This document shows positions 1 through 8,775 of a stretch of DNA of 45,278 bases, piece by piece. The translations under genes were made by a program, and so were the position numbers. The first letter of the stretch is position 1. Each line of letters begins with the position of its first letter. The notes beneath the pieces are model-generated. The model was not told where the DNA came from and searched no databases. It saw only the letters and a program-made list of their open reading frames with translations. This DNA comes from a virus (Duplodnaviria > Caudoviricetes). The DNA lies in IMG/VR virus record IMGVR_UViG_3300048020_000321, positions 1 through 45,278 of that record; one strand, written 5' to 3'.

Positions 1-696
1 AAGCCTGAAAAGGGTATTCGCTATGCAGTTAGAGGGTATATAGATAAACTATTTAAATATAAAGATAATTCTGTAATAATTAGAGACTTCAAAAGTAGCA
101 AGCAAGTGTTTAAAGGGAAAGAGATAACGGATAATTTACAAAATCTAATATACTCTTTAGCGGTGAAACACTTAATGCCAGAAACAGAACCTCAGAGTGA
201 ATTTATATTCTTAAGATTCGACCTAGATAAAGATGTCTTAGGAGAGAGGGGCAAAGGTTATGTCAAGATGGATAAAATTAGCGAAGAAGAACTTGAAGGT
301 TTTGAGTATCAATTAACCGAATTTCAAAAATATATAGACAGCTTTGATGAAGAGTGTGCGAAATCTAATTTCGCAGCCAAACAAGATTACCCAAAAGACG
401 GAACCTTTGGGGGTCCTTTAGCTTGCGGAAAAGATGGGTTCAAAATGTCCTATGGCCAGCCGGTTCTAGATAAGTTAGGGGAGCCGATTAAAGCCTTTAT
501 TTGTCCATACAGAAAGCCTATGGAATACTATGTATTAAAAGACAAAGATGACAAAATATTAAAAAGTGCATTCGTAGAGAAAAAAGATTTGCTCGAAGCT
601 AAGCCTGAAGAGGGAGAAAAAATTGTTAAAATGAACTACGAAGGCTGCCCTCATTGGCAAAATAAAGTTAAAATAGATGATTTTCTCGATGGATAA
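1..696 (+). CDS. PD-(D/E)XK (RecB/Cas4-like) nuclease, 5' end outside window
   Basis: Frame is open from base 1 and reads GYIDKLF...IIRDFKSS, then QNLIYS (QxxxY). Cys residues lie near the C-terminus. Confidence 0.75.
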   Translation, partial: KPEKGIRYAVRGYIDKLFKYKDNSVIIRDFKSSKQVFKGKEITDNLQNLIYSLAVKHLMPETEPQSEFIFLRFDLDKDVLGERGKGYVKMDKISEEELEGFEYQLTEFQKYIDSFDEECAKSNFAAKQDYPKDGTFGGPLACGKDGFKMSYGQPVLDKLGEPIKAFICPYRKPMEYYVLKDKDDKILKSAFVEKKDLLEAKPEEGEKIVKMNYEGCPHWQNKVKIDDFLDG

Positions 697-1087
697 GTTT
701 GACGCATCAGGGCTTATTATTAGATTAGGTAAGCTTGTTTTGCTTGGCAAAAGATCAAAGGTTTGTGAAAATTTAAAAGGGTATTGGTCTATGCCGTGCG
801 GAACTATAGATAAAGGAGAAACGCCTCTTGAGTGTTGTGAAAGAGAGTTCAAGGAAGAGACGGGAGTAAGTGTAACGGGCGAAATAAAATATTTAAACTC
901 TTTTCCAATGGAGAATGGAGGAAAATTTTATGCATATTATAGCGATATAAAACAATTAATTTTCCCAAGTAATAGCGCGGTAGACGCAGCGGAACATGAA
1001 GAGTGGGGGTTTTTTAGGATAGAAAAAAACACTCTACCTTGCCCGATGACGAAAGAAACAAGGAAAACAATTTTAAAATTAAAATGA
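689..1087 (+). CDS. Nudix hydrolase
   Basis: Nudix box GTIDKGETPLECCEREFKEETG. Start is 689 or 677. Confidence 0.85.
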   Translation: MDKFDASGLIIRLGKLVLLGKRSKVCENLKGYWSMPCGTIDKGETPLECCEREFKEETGVSVTGEIKYLNSFPMENGGKFYAYYSDIKQLIFPSNSAVDAAEHEEWGFFRIEKNTLPCPMTKETRKTILKLK

Positions 1088-2121
1088 AAAAAATAATAGT
1101 AACAGGAGTCACAGGTCAAGACGGAAGTCATATGGTTGATTATTTATTAAAAAATACTAGCTATGAAATATATGGCTCAGTAAGAAGGTTAAGTGTGAAA
1201 AATCACGAAAACATTCTGCACCTAGAAAATGAGTCGCGATTTCATCTAATTGATATGGATTTGAATGATGCACATAGCATGCGCGATGTAATATTGGATA
1301 TTCAGCCAGACTACTTTATAAATTTCGCAGCGCAATCTTTTGTTGCAGGCAGTTGGAATTATCCGGTTCAAACATGGGACACAGATGCTAATGCTGTGCT
1401 ACACATTCTTGAATCTATTCGTCGATTCGCGCCACAATGTAGATTTTACAATGCCGGATCAAGTGAAGAATTTGGAGATGTCATTTATTCACCCCAAAAT
1501 GAAGAGCACCCACTTCGACCTCAATCGCCTTATGGTGCCGCAAAATGCGGGGCCAGACATATTGTTCGCGTATACAGAGAGTCTTATAAAATATACGCCA
1601 TTCAAGGTTGGCTGTTTAATCACGAAGGCAATCGAAGGGGTCTTGATTTTGTAACTCGAAAAATAACTCACACAATTGCTAGAATTAAAATTGCTATAGA
1701 GAAAGGTCAAAAATTACCCATATTAAAGCTTGGAAACATAGAGGCCCAAAGAGATTGGAGTGATGCAGAGGATTTTATGGAAGGAGTTTGGCTAATGCTT
1801 AACCAGAAAACGCCAAAAAATTATGTGCTTGGAAGTGGAGAAATGCACACAGTTAGAGAATTCCTTAATGAATCCTTGAACAATGCAAACATTCAATTTG
1901 AAACTTCTGGAACCGAAGTTGAAGAAAAGTATCATACGACTGACGGAAGATTAATTTTTGAAGTTGACCCTAAATTTTACAGACCTGCAGAAGTTCACGA
2001 ACTATGCGGAGATCCATCTCTTGCGGAAAAAGAAATGGGATGGAAGAGAAAAACGGACTTTGCCGGACTTGTCAAAAAAATGTATCAAAGTGATTACATG
2101 CTTCTAACAAGGCAAAAATAA
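1084..2121 (+). CDS. gmd: GDP-mannose 4,6-dehydratase
   Basis: Motifs TGVTGQDGS, AAQSFV, YGAAK (YxxxK), FNHE, FVTRKI and RPAEV. ATG at 1084 overlaps the Nudix stop. Confidence 0.93.
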   Translation: MKKIIVTGVTGQDGSHMVDYLLKNTSYEIYGSVRRLSVKNHENILHLENESRFHLIDMDLNDAHSMRDVILDIQPDYFINFAAQSFVAGSWNYPVQTWDTDANAVLHILESIRRFAPQCRFYNAGSSEEFGDVIYSPQNEEHPLRPQSPYGAAKCGARHIVRVYRESYKIYAIQGWLFNHEGNRRGLDFVTRKITHTIARIKIAIEKGQKLPILKLGNIEAQRDWSDAEDFMEGVWLMLNQKTPKNYVLGSGEMHTVREFLNESLNNANIQFETSGTEVEEKYHTTDGRLIFEVDPKFYRPAEVHELCGDPSLAEKEMGWKRKTDFAGLVKKMYQSDYMLLTRQK

Positions 2122-2130
2122 ACAAAATTC

Positions 2131-2136
2131 GTGTAA
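2131..2136 (+). promoter_or_regulatory. GTGTAW putative phage late-promoter motif
   Basis: GTGTAA lies 9 nt before ATG 2146. The same motif and spacing recur at many genes. Confidence 0.6.
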
Positions 2137-2145
2137 TTAATATCT

Positions 2146-3207
2146 ATGGAAAAACAAAACAATAATTTCTCAGATAGAGTTTTAAACGCGTTAAAACAAA
2201 AAGTCATTGCTCACAATTTTAAATATTCTCAAAAAACAACACTTTCTCAATTACAAAAAGTATATCGTCGCGGATCGGAAATGTTCGGCGAGTTTGGTCG
2301 GCCGGGTAAATCTCGAGGCCAATGGGCCATCGCCAGGGTAAATATGTTCTTAAAAATGATTCAAGGATCAAGCGTTAAGGATAGCTATCGCAAAGCAGAT
2401 CAAGATATTGCTAAAGCGGGAATAATTGTCGATGACGGGATTCGAGAGGAGTCTAAATTGTTTAACGAAGAAGATTTAATTAAAGCTAAACTTGATATAA
2501 AAAATTACCAACTCCAAGAAGACCCAAGTTTCACGAATGAAATGTGGAGCACTATATTTATTGAGACTGATGAACTCGGATTTGAAGAATATATCGACGA
2601 AGAGAGTTGGGCTGCAGAAAAAAATAAAGGCAAAAAATTAAATAAACCATTTAGAACATCTAAAGGCCCTAAGAAATTTTCGGTTTATGTAAAGAATGAA
2701 AAAGGGAATGTTGTAAAAGTTAATTTCGGCGACCCAAATATGGAAATTAAACGAGACGATCCCGCTCGCAGAAAAAGTTTTAGAGCTAGACATAATTGCG
2801 AAAACCCTGGCCCCAAAACAAAAGCTCGCTATTGGAGCTGTAAAATGTGGTCCAAAAAAAGCGTTACGAAAATGACCAAGGGTGAAGAAGCGGAAAGCGA
2901 AACCGAAGAAGAGGTAGAAGAGGTTATTGAAGCTAAAAATGGGCTTTGGGATAATATTAGAAAAAAGAAAAAAAGGATGGGTAAAAAATATAAAGCCGCA
3001 AAACCTGGAGACAAAGATCGTCCAAGTAAAGAGGCCTGGAAAAAAGCTCAATCTAAAAAAATGAAAAAAGATTACGCAGCAGAAGATGAATTTAAACCCC
3101 ATATGATGTATGACCCAAAAACAGGAAAAGCTTATAAAGCTAAAACCATGGAAGATCATTTAAAAATGAAGAAAATGGGATATACTCACGAGAAGCCCAA
3201 GGCTTAA
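2146..3207 (+). CDS. Modular basic phage protein (possible virion/DNA-binding protein)
   Basis: Concatenated short modules typical of marine phages (VYRRG...WAIARVN; FGDPNM...RRKSFRARHNC...YWSC; GLWDNI; FKPHMMYDPKTG), separated by acidic linkers. Confidence 0.6.
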   Translation: MEKQNNNFSDRVLNALKQKVIAHNFKYSQKTTLSQLQKVYRRGSEMFGEFGRPGKSRGQWAIARVNMFLKMIQGSSVKDSYRKADQDIAKAGIIVDDGIREESKLFNEEDLIKAKLDIKNYQLQEDPSFTNEMWSTIFIETDELGFEEYIDEESWAAEKNKGKKLNKPFRTSKGPKKFSVYVKNEKGNVVKVNFGDPNMEIKRDDPARRKSFRARHNCENPGPKTKARYWSCKMWSKKSVTKMTKGEEAESETEEEVEEVIEAKNGLWDNIRKKKKRMGKKYKAAKPGDKDRPSKEAWKKAQSKKMKKDYAAEDEFKPHMMYDPKTGKAYKAKTMEDHLKMKKMGYTHEKPKA

Positions 3208-3229
3208 AACTTTAACAACTTAAAACCCT

Positions 3230-3262
3230 AAAACCCCGCTTTATTCTGGCGGGGTTTTTTTT
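3230..3262 (+). terminator. Intrinsic terminator
   Basis: AAAACCCCGC-loop-GCGGGG followed by a T tract. Confidence 0.85.
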
Positions 3263-3277
3263 GGCACGATTATAGCA
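3262..3277 (+). promoter_or_regulatory. sigma54-type -24/-12 promoter candidate
   Basis: TGGCACG-ATTA-TAGCA with exact GG-N10-GC spacing, upstream of hsp20. Confidence 0.6.
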
Positions 3278-3363
3278 AATATAGTATTGTAAATTCAATA
3301 ATACAGTCTTTATTGAGACACATTTACACACTACATAAACCACAATCAAAACAAGGAGACAAT

Positions 3364-3759
3364 ATGTCATATTATATTAAAAACAATAATTCTTTAGATT
3401 CATTTTTTAATTCTTTATTAGATGATATCTACTATGAAGATTTAAACCCTAAAAGAAAATCCAACATTATAAAAGAAGAAGATCATATCTTAATTCAAAT
3501 TGAAGCAGTAGGATTAAATAAAAAAGATATAGATATACAAGTAAAAGAAAATATATTACATGTATCATACGAAAACAAAATAAAAGATGATACAAAATAT
3601 TCACAGCAACAAATATCATTTGGTTCTTTTGAAAATAAATACAAACTACAAAACGACATGGATTCAAAAAATGTATCCGCAACCATGAATAATGGATTAT
3701 TGAATATAAAAATACCTAAAATTAAAAACAAAACAAGTTCAAGAATAAAAATAACTTGA
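3364..3759 (+). CDS. Hsp20/alpha-crystallin small heat-shock protein
   Basis: Motifs GLNKKDIDIQV, FGSFENKYKL and ATMNNGLLNIKIPK. AGGAG SD precedes ATG 3364. Confidence 0.9.
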   Translation: MSYYIKNNNSLDSFFNSLLDDIYYEDLNPKRKSNIIKEEDHILIQIEAVGLNKKDIDIQVKENILHVSYENKIKDDTKYSQQQISFGSFENKYKLQNDMDSKNVSATMNNGLLNIKIPKIKNKTSSRIKIT

Positions 3760-3784
3760 CATTCACTAGAATATAGTATATAAT
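3756..3784 (+). promoter_or_regulatory. Consensus sigma70 promoter
   Basis: TTGACA-17 bp-TATAAT, upstream of the porin gene. Confidence 0.85.
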
Positions 3785-3800
3785 ATGGTTCTTTAATATT

Positions 3801-4454
3801 ATGAAGACAACAAAATTAATTATCACAGCCCTCTTGGGGCTTTTTATTAACGTCGCTTCTGCGGAGAGTTTTTCTCTAGGAACAAAATACGCTTCCGATT
3901 ATTTTTATAGAGGAACACTTCAAGCGGAGGAGTCTATCCAGGCTAACCTCGGAGTTAGCGGACAAGTTTCTGGCTTAAATTATTCTGCAGGAGCATTCAC
4001 AAATCAGTCTATTGATGCGGGAGTAGATTCCTACATTCTTAACGGAGGAATTTCCAAAAGCTTTTTGGACTCAATTCTTAATACTTATGTGGGATTAAAT
4101 CATGTAGAGAATGTTTCTGGAGAAGCGCTCTTAGAGGCGAATATTGGAATCTCGCTTAATACGGTCTTAAATCCGAAATTGAGTTTCTTTAGAAGCTTGG
4201 ATGATTCATTATACACTTCTGAATTATCTGTTTCGCACGATTTTGATTTGGGAGTTTGTAACTTAGGAGCTTCTGCTTCACTAGGAAACACAGATCTCTC
4301 AAACACTCTTGACAACACTTATTATACTGCGGGGGTTACAGCTTCTAAATCTTTAGGAGAAAAAGCTTCTCTTGGGATTAATTTGGTGAGGGTTGACTCA
4401 GAAACGATTAGTGCTGAATACGTGGTCGGATTGGGAATCTCAACACAATTCTAA
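3801..4454 (+). CDS. Outer-membrane beta-barrel, TorF/TIGR02001-like putative porin
   Basis: Signal peptide (ASA|E), SDYFYRG motif, alternating beta-strand pattern and C-terminal Phe (ISTQF). Confidence 0.7.
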   Translation: MKTTKLIITALLGLFINVASAESFSLGTKYASDYFYRGTLQAEESIQANLGVSGQVSGLNYSAGAFTNQSIDAGVDSYILNGGISKSFLDSILNTYVGLNHVENVSGEALLEANIGISLNTVLNPKLSFFRSLDDSLYTSELSVSHDFDLGVCNLGASASLGNTDLSNTLDNTYYTAGVTASKSLGEKASLGINLVRVDSETISAEYVVGLGISTQF

Positions 4455-4465
4455 CTTATAAAATT

Positions 4466-4705
4466 ATGAAAAATACAATCGATACGATTAAATCATATGC
4501 AGGAGGCGTTACAAGCGTGCTTCTGTCAATCATCGGCCTTTTGGTCGTAGCTCAAGTCGTCTTTGGCGAGGGAGCTCCTATTAACGTAATCGGCAATCTA
4601 CAGGATGTCGTAACAGGATTTGTTGGTCAAGGCGCCTCACTAGCAGGGATAATCACCCTACTCTTGTTGGTCGCGCTACTAAAACCTAATGCAAATAAAG
4701 GTTAG
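4466..4705 (+). CDS. Small two-TM membrane protein
   Basis: 79 aa with two hydrophobic helices; lies between the porin and the next terminator. Confidence 0.75.
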   Translation: MKNTIDTIKSYAGGVTSVLLSIIGLLVVAQVVFGEGAPINVIGNLQDVVTGFVGQGASLAGIITLLLLVALLKPNANKG

Positions 4706-4728
4706 GTCAACAGATCATTAAACAATCT

Positions 4729-4751
4729 AGCCGCCTTAGGGCGGCTTTTTT
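4729..4751 (+). terminator. Intrinsic terminator
   Basis: AGCCGCC-TTAG-GGCGGCT followed by a T tract. Confidence 0.9.
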
Positions 4752-4785
4752 GTGTAAATATCTATACTTCTATTTAATATCTACC

Positions 4786-6501
4786 ATGAAAAACAAAACA
4801 TCAAGAAACTTATCGTTAATTAGCTTAATGCTTGGTTACGCAAGCTCTGCGGCATTTATTGCGTTAATAGTCTTAAATATAAGTGATAAAGAACCTAGGC
4901 TTAAGGCCAACTTGTTATTACCGAATGATAGCGTAATCGAAAGTAACGAAACAAAAACCGTGTATGTTGATAGGTTCATCGCTAACCATTCGGACGGATT
5001 AAGTAAAGATTGGCATTACCGCAAAAACGAATTTTCAAGAAATGATAAAATCACTGCTGTCATTGGGAGCGATGATGATATTGTTTATGTTGATAATGAT
5101 GATCGCCATCTTCGCTTGGGTGGAGACAATCGTGGTGGCGCTTTTGGAGGTAACGGAGGAAACGGCAGATTTCGTGGAGGTCGTGACCGAGTTGCGATTG
5201 ACGACGATGTGGATGTGGGGTTATTGGATCGTAGGCTAGCTACTCTCGATGATGACGAACTAGTTATTATTGAAGATAATGATGATGGTTTAGTGGCTCG
5301 ATTGGATCGCAAGGATATTGGTTTGGATCGTGGTGGAAATGACCGAGTCAATGTCGGCAATTTCGTACCAGATGCACGCCGCAGGAATTTTAACGATGAA
5401 GAATTGGGGGTAGTTGGAGATTTCGACAAAGACGGCGCCGGTTTTGGAAAGGGTACAATGCCTGGAGTTGGTAAAGGTTCCGAAATTTATGCTTATAATT
5501 TTCCTTCTCAAGGGGTCGGTGCAGGCATAGGTAGTCCAGCAGTAGGTGCCGCTGCAGGTTTTGCGGGGCTGGGCGCTGGCATTGGCCAAGCGGTCATGAA
5601 TGGTCAGACGGTTCCAGCGTTAGGGGGAGTGGGGACCTATTCAGATAGTCAAACCAAAGGTATGGGCGGGCCTGCACTTTCGGTTATTCCTGGAGTTTCT
5701 GGTGGGCTTGCAGGTTTAGTTGGGGGCGCCGGAGCAGGAGCGGCTGCGGGCTTGAAATCTGGAAGAGTATCCTTTCTTAACTCACCTAAAGCAGGTTACG
5801 GCAACGGTAATAACTTGGGTAATCGAAAATTCGACCATTTACCTGAAAATGGATCATTGCATATCATGATTCACGTAGACGGAAGCGGAAGTATATTAAA
5901 GACGAGAAAGCGGCTCGAAGTAATGAAGGATACATTGTTAAAAACTGCTTTACTACCTTACTACAACAATGATGAATCTCTTTATTCAAGAAGAGTTACA
6001 ATTGTAGATAGCTCAGGAGAAAGAACTTTAAAATTTTTCGCTAAGGCTGCAGAAAAAGACAATGTGTTAGCTTTTGTTTTTCAAGACGAAGCTCAGCCAG
6101 ATTATCATTTGCCGAATTTCAACGAAAAGCCAGAAGATTCATATAAAACAGACCTAAACCTATTAAAATCCGACTTGAATGCATACAAAGGACTTTATAG
6201 AGGGGTGATGTTTCAGGTTGGGGAAAAGGTTTTCTCCAAATCTTTTAAGGAGTTTGTGGAAAATGCTTGGCAAGGAAAAGATTACTTAAAAGACTTGAAT
6301 TTAAAAAAATATCACTGGAAAGAAAACAAGTCGAATATAAACAATAAGAAAGGTGTGGTTTTTATTGATGAATATAATGCAAAAATCGACGGATCGCCAG
6401 AATATTATCTTGACTTGATTTTTAAAGCTAGTGAAAAAGCGGGAATAAATCTAGACTCCTACCAAGGAGGACTTAGAGACGGAAAACATTTGCAAGATTA
6501 G
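4786..6501 (+). CDS. Membrane-anchored Asp/Gly-rich protein with C-terminal vWA-like domain
   Basis: N-terminal TM helix, D/R/G-rich segment, glycine-zipper-like stretches and MIDAS-like HVDGSGS. ATG 4786 is preferred to TTG 4750. Confidence 0.6.
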   Translation: MKNKTSRNLSLISLMLGYASSAAFIALIVLNISDKEPRLKANLLLPNDSVIESNETKTVYVDRFIANHSDGLSKDWHYRKNEFSRNDKITAVIGSDDDIVYVDNDDRHLRLGGDNRGGAFGGNGGNGRFRGGRDRVAIDDDVDVGLLDRRLATLDDDELVIIEDNDDGLVARLDRKDIGLDRGGNDRVNVGNFVPDARRRNFNDEELGVVGDFDKDGAGFGKGTMPGVGKGSEIYAYNFPSQGVGAGIGSPAVGAAAGFAGLGAGIGQAVMNGQTVPALGGVGTYSDSQTKGMGGPALSVIPGVSGGLAGLVGGAGAGAAAGLKSGRVSFLNSPKAGYGNGNNLGNRKFDHLPENGSLHIMIHVDGSGSILKTRKRLEVMKDTLLKTALLPYYNNDESLYSRRVTIVDSSGERTLKFFAKAAEKDNVLAFVFQDEAQPDYHLPNFNEKPEDSYKTDLNLLKSDLNAYKGLYRGVMFQVGEKVFSKSFKEFVENAWQGKDYLKDLNLKKYHWKENKSNINNKKGVVFIDEYNAKIDGSPEYYLDLIFKASEKAGINLDSYQGGLRDGKHLQD

Positions 6502-6512
6502 ACTGGGGTGTT

Positions 6513-8759
6513 ATGAAAAATTTAGTTTTATTAATTTTATCATCTTTATTTTGTTCTGGAGATGTTTTATATTTTAATGATGGAAATAATATTAGAGGGG
6601 AAATAATAGAATCTAACAGCACGCATGTTGTTGTCAAAAGAGAAGATGACTTCCAACTTTTTAGAATACCTCTTAAACTATTAACAAAAGACAATCAAGC
6701 TTATGTGAAAAATAACTTCGCCCCAGGTCACGAAAATTTACCAAAATTTAAAAAACCATTATCCGATCAAGATTTAATTAAAAATTCAAGGTACATAGAT
6801 CAACTAATCGAAAATAAATTAAGATCTTATAATCAAAGACCTAATAAAGAAATTAATGATTCTTCGTTTTCTAGAAGAGCGTATCTAAAAATAATAGGCA
6901 GAACACCTTCTTACAAGGAAGTGAATAGCTTTATCGAAAATAGAGACAAGAATAAAAGAACAAAACTCATAGACGATTTATTAGCTAGCGAGGGATACAA
7001 TAGTCATTGGTTTAACTTTTGGGCAGATATATTAAGATTAAAAGATAGATTAACTAATAGAATATCAGGAATTCCATATAAAAATTATGTCAAACAATTT
7101 ATATCTGAAAATAGACCATATGATAAATGGGTAAGAGAAATGCTCTCTTCTTCTGGTCCTATATGGAAGAAAGGCAGTGAAGGGGTAGGTTATTTTGCAA
7201 GAGATGCAGGTATGCCTTTAGATAATATGGCTAACACCGTCCGAATCTTCCTTGGCACAAGTTTAGAATGCGCGCAATGCCACGATCATCCATTTGATAG
7301 ATGGACACAAAAAGAATTTTATGAGATGGCTGCGTTTACCAGTGGTTCTACAAATCTTAGAAGAAAAGGGGTTGACAATCTCAACCAATTCAATAAACTA
7401 GTCAGAGAAGAACAGAAAAGGTTGGAGGAAGCTGGGGAGCCTCAAAAAGTACCTCAAGTTAGAAATGCTTCAAGGTCAATACAAGATATATTGCAAGCGG
7501 GGCTAGATCAGCCAGGGTCAGGTAAAATCAATTTACCTAAAGATTATCAATACGACAACGCAAAACCAAACGAATCCCTTTTAGGAAAAACTCTTTTTGG
7601 TCGAGAAATAGAACTTGCCAAAGGTACTGGCTCAAGAGAGCTATACGCAAACTGGTTGGCGTCAGAAAAAAACCCAAGATTTACATCTGTCATTGTTAAT
7701 AGATTATGGAAAGAGGTTTTTGGGTTAGCTCTAATTGAGCCAATAGATAATATGTTTGACGAGACTATGGCAACAGATCCAGTATTACAGCTTCATTTAG
7801 AAAAAGTTATGGTTGCATTAAATTTTGACATAAAGGAGTTCTTAAGAATACTTTACAACACAAAAACCTTTCAAAGACAATCTGTTTCTAGAGATATTGT
7901 ACCTAGAGACGAAAAAGATACTGTTATGCCAGTGGGCGTTGAATGGGTGATTGCTGGACCAAATGTTGAAAAACAATCTTTCAATGCAGTTCCGTTTTTC
8001 TATCAGGGCCCCATTTTGCAAAGGATGAGTGGCGAGCAACTGTGGGATTCATTAGTCTCTTTGAATTTTAAGGATATAGACTCTCGAAGACTTCAGCCAA
8101 AAAATTCAGGCTATCAGGATTTTGAGAGGTTTTCTAGCATGACAGGAGAAGGGCTGCTTGAAGAATTATTTTCTCGAATAAATAAAACAGAAAAACCCAA
8201 GACCAATCAAAAATTTGGAAACCCAATTAATATAGACTGCCCAATCAAACCTGGTCGAGCTATTGACCCAACTTTATTAGCGCTAAACGAAAACGGAGAA
8301 ACTCTTGCGTTCTGCTGTAAGTCTTGCGTAGAAAAATTTAATTCTCAGAAAAAACAGCAAGATAAGAATAATTTCGTAAAAGATAGAAACTCCGTTCGAG
8401 CATCAGAATTAAGTTCTCCAGCTCCCGTAGGTCATATAGTTAGAGAATTTGGAGGCTCAGATCGTGAACAAATTGAAAACTCAAATACAGACCCATCAAC
8501 AACACAAGTTCTTAATTTAATTAATGGTTTTATTGAAACAAAAGTTATAAACAATAAAAACTCAGAGATAGTAAAATTAATAAAAGAACAAAAAACATTA
8601 GATGATAAAATAAAAGTCGGTTTCAAATCTATTTTAAATAGAAAACCCTCTATAGCAGAGTTAAAATTATTCAAAGACGCACTAATAAACAAAAAAGATA
8701 TATATAAAGAAATAATATGGGCTTTAGTAAATTCGCATGAATACATCTTTATAAAATAA
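6513..8759 (+). CDS. DUF1549 (PSCyt2)/DUF1553 (PSD1) protein with CxxCH motif
   Basis: Signal peptide, RRAYLKIIGRTP, LECAQCHDHPFD, NPRFTSVIVNRLW and C-terminal WALVNSHEYIF. Confidence 0.9.
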   Translation: MKNLVLLILSSLFCSGDVLYFNDGNNIRGEIIESNSTHVVVKREDDFQLFRIPLKLLTKDNQAYVKNNFAPGHENLPKFKKPLSDQDLIKNSRYIDQLIENKLRSYNQRPNKEINDSSFSRRAYLKIIGRTPSYKEVNSFIENRDKNKRTKLIDDLLASEGYNSHWFNFWADILRLKDRLTNRISGIPYKNYVKQFISENRPYDKWVREMLSSSGPIWKKGSEGVGYFARDAGMPLDNMANTVRIFLGTSLECAQCHDHPFDRWTQKEFYEMAAFTSGSTNLRRKGVDNLNQFNKLVREEQKRLEEAGEPQKVPQVRNASRSIQDILQAGLDQPGSGKINLPKDYQYDNAKPNESLLGKTLFGREIELAKGTGSRELYANWLASEKNPRFTSVIVNRLWKEVFGLALIEPIDNMFDETMATDPVLQLHLEKVMVALNFDIKEFLRILYNTKTFQRQSVSRDIVPRDEKDTVMPVGVEWVIAGPNVEKQSFNAVPFFYQGPILQRMSGEQLWDSLVSLNFKDIDSRRLQPKNSGYQDFERFSSMTGEGLLEELFSRINKTEKPKTNQKFGNPINIDCPIKPGRAIDPTLLALNENGETLAFCCKSCVEKFNSQKKQQDKNNFVKDRNSVRASELSSPAPVGHIVREFGGSDREQIENSNTDPSTTQVLNLINGFIETKVINNKNSEIVKLIKEQKTLDDKIKVGFKSILNRKPSIAELKLFKDALINKKDIYKEIIWALVNSHEYIFIK

Positions 8760-8775
8760 TAAAAGGAAAAAATAT

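Noticed and set aside
2638-3159. 173-aa Phe-rich - strand ORF and similar short antisense ORFs
   Set aside because: Shadows of Lys-rich or otherwise well-supported genes on the opposite strand.
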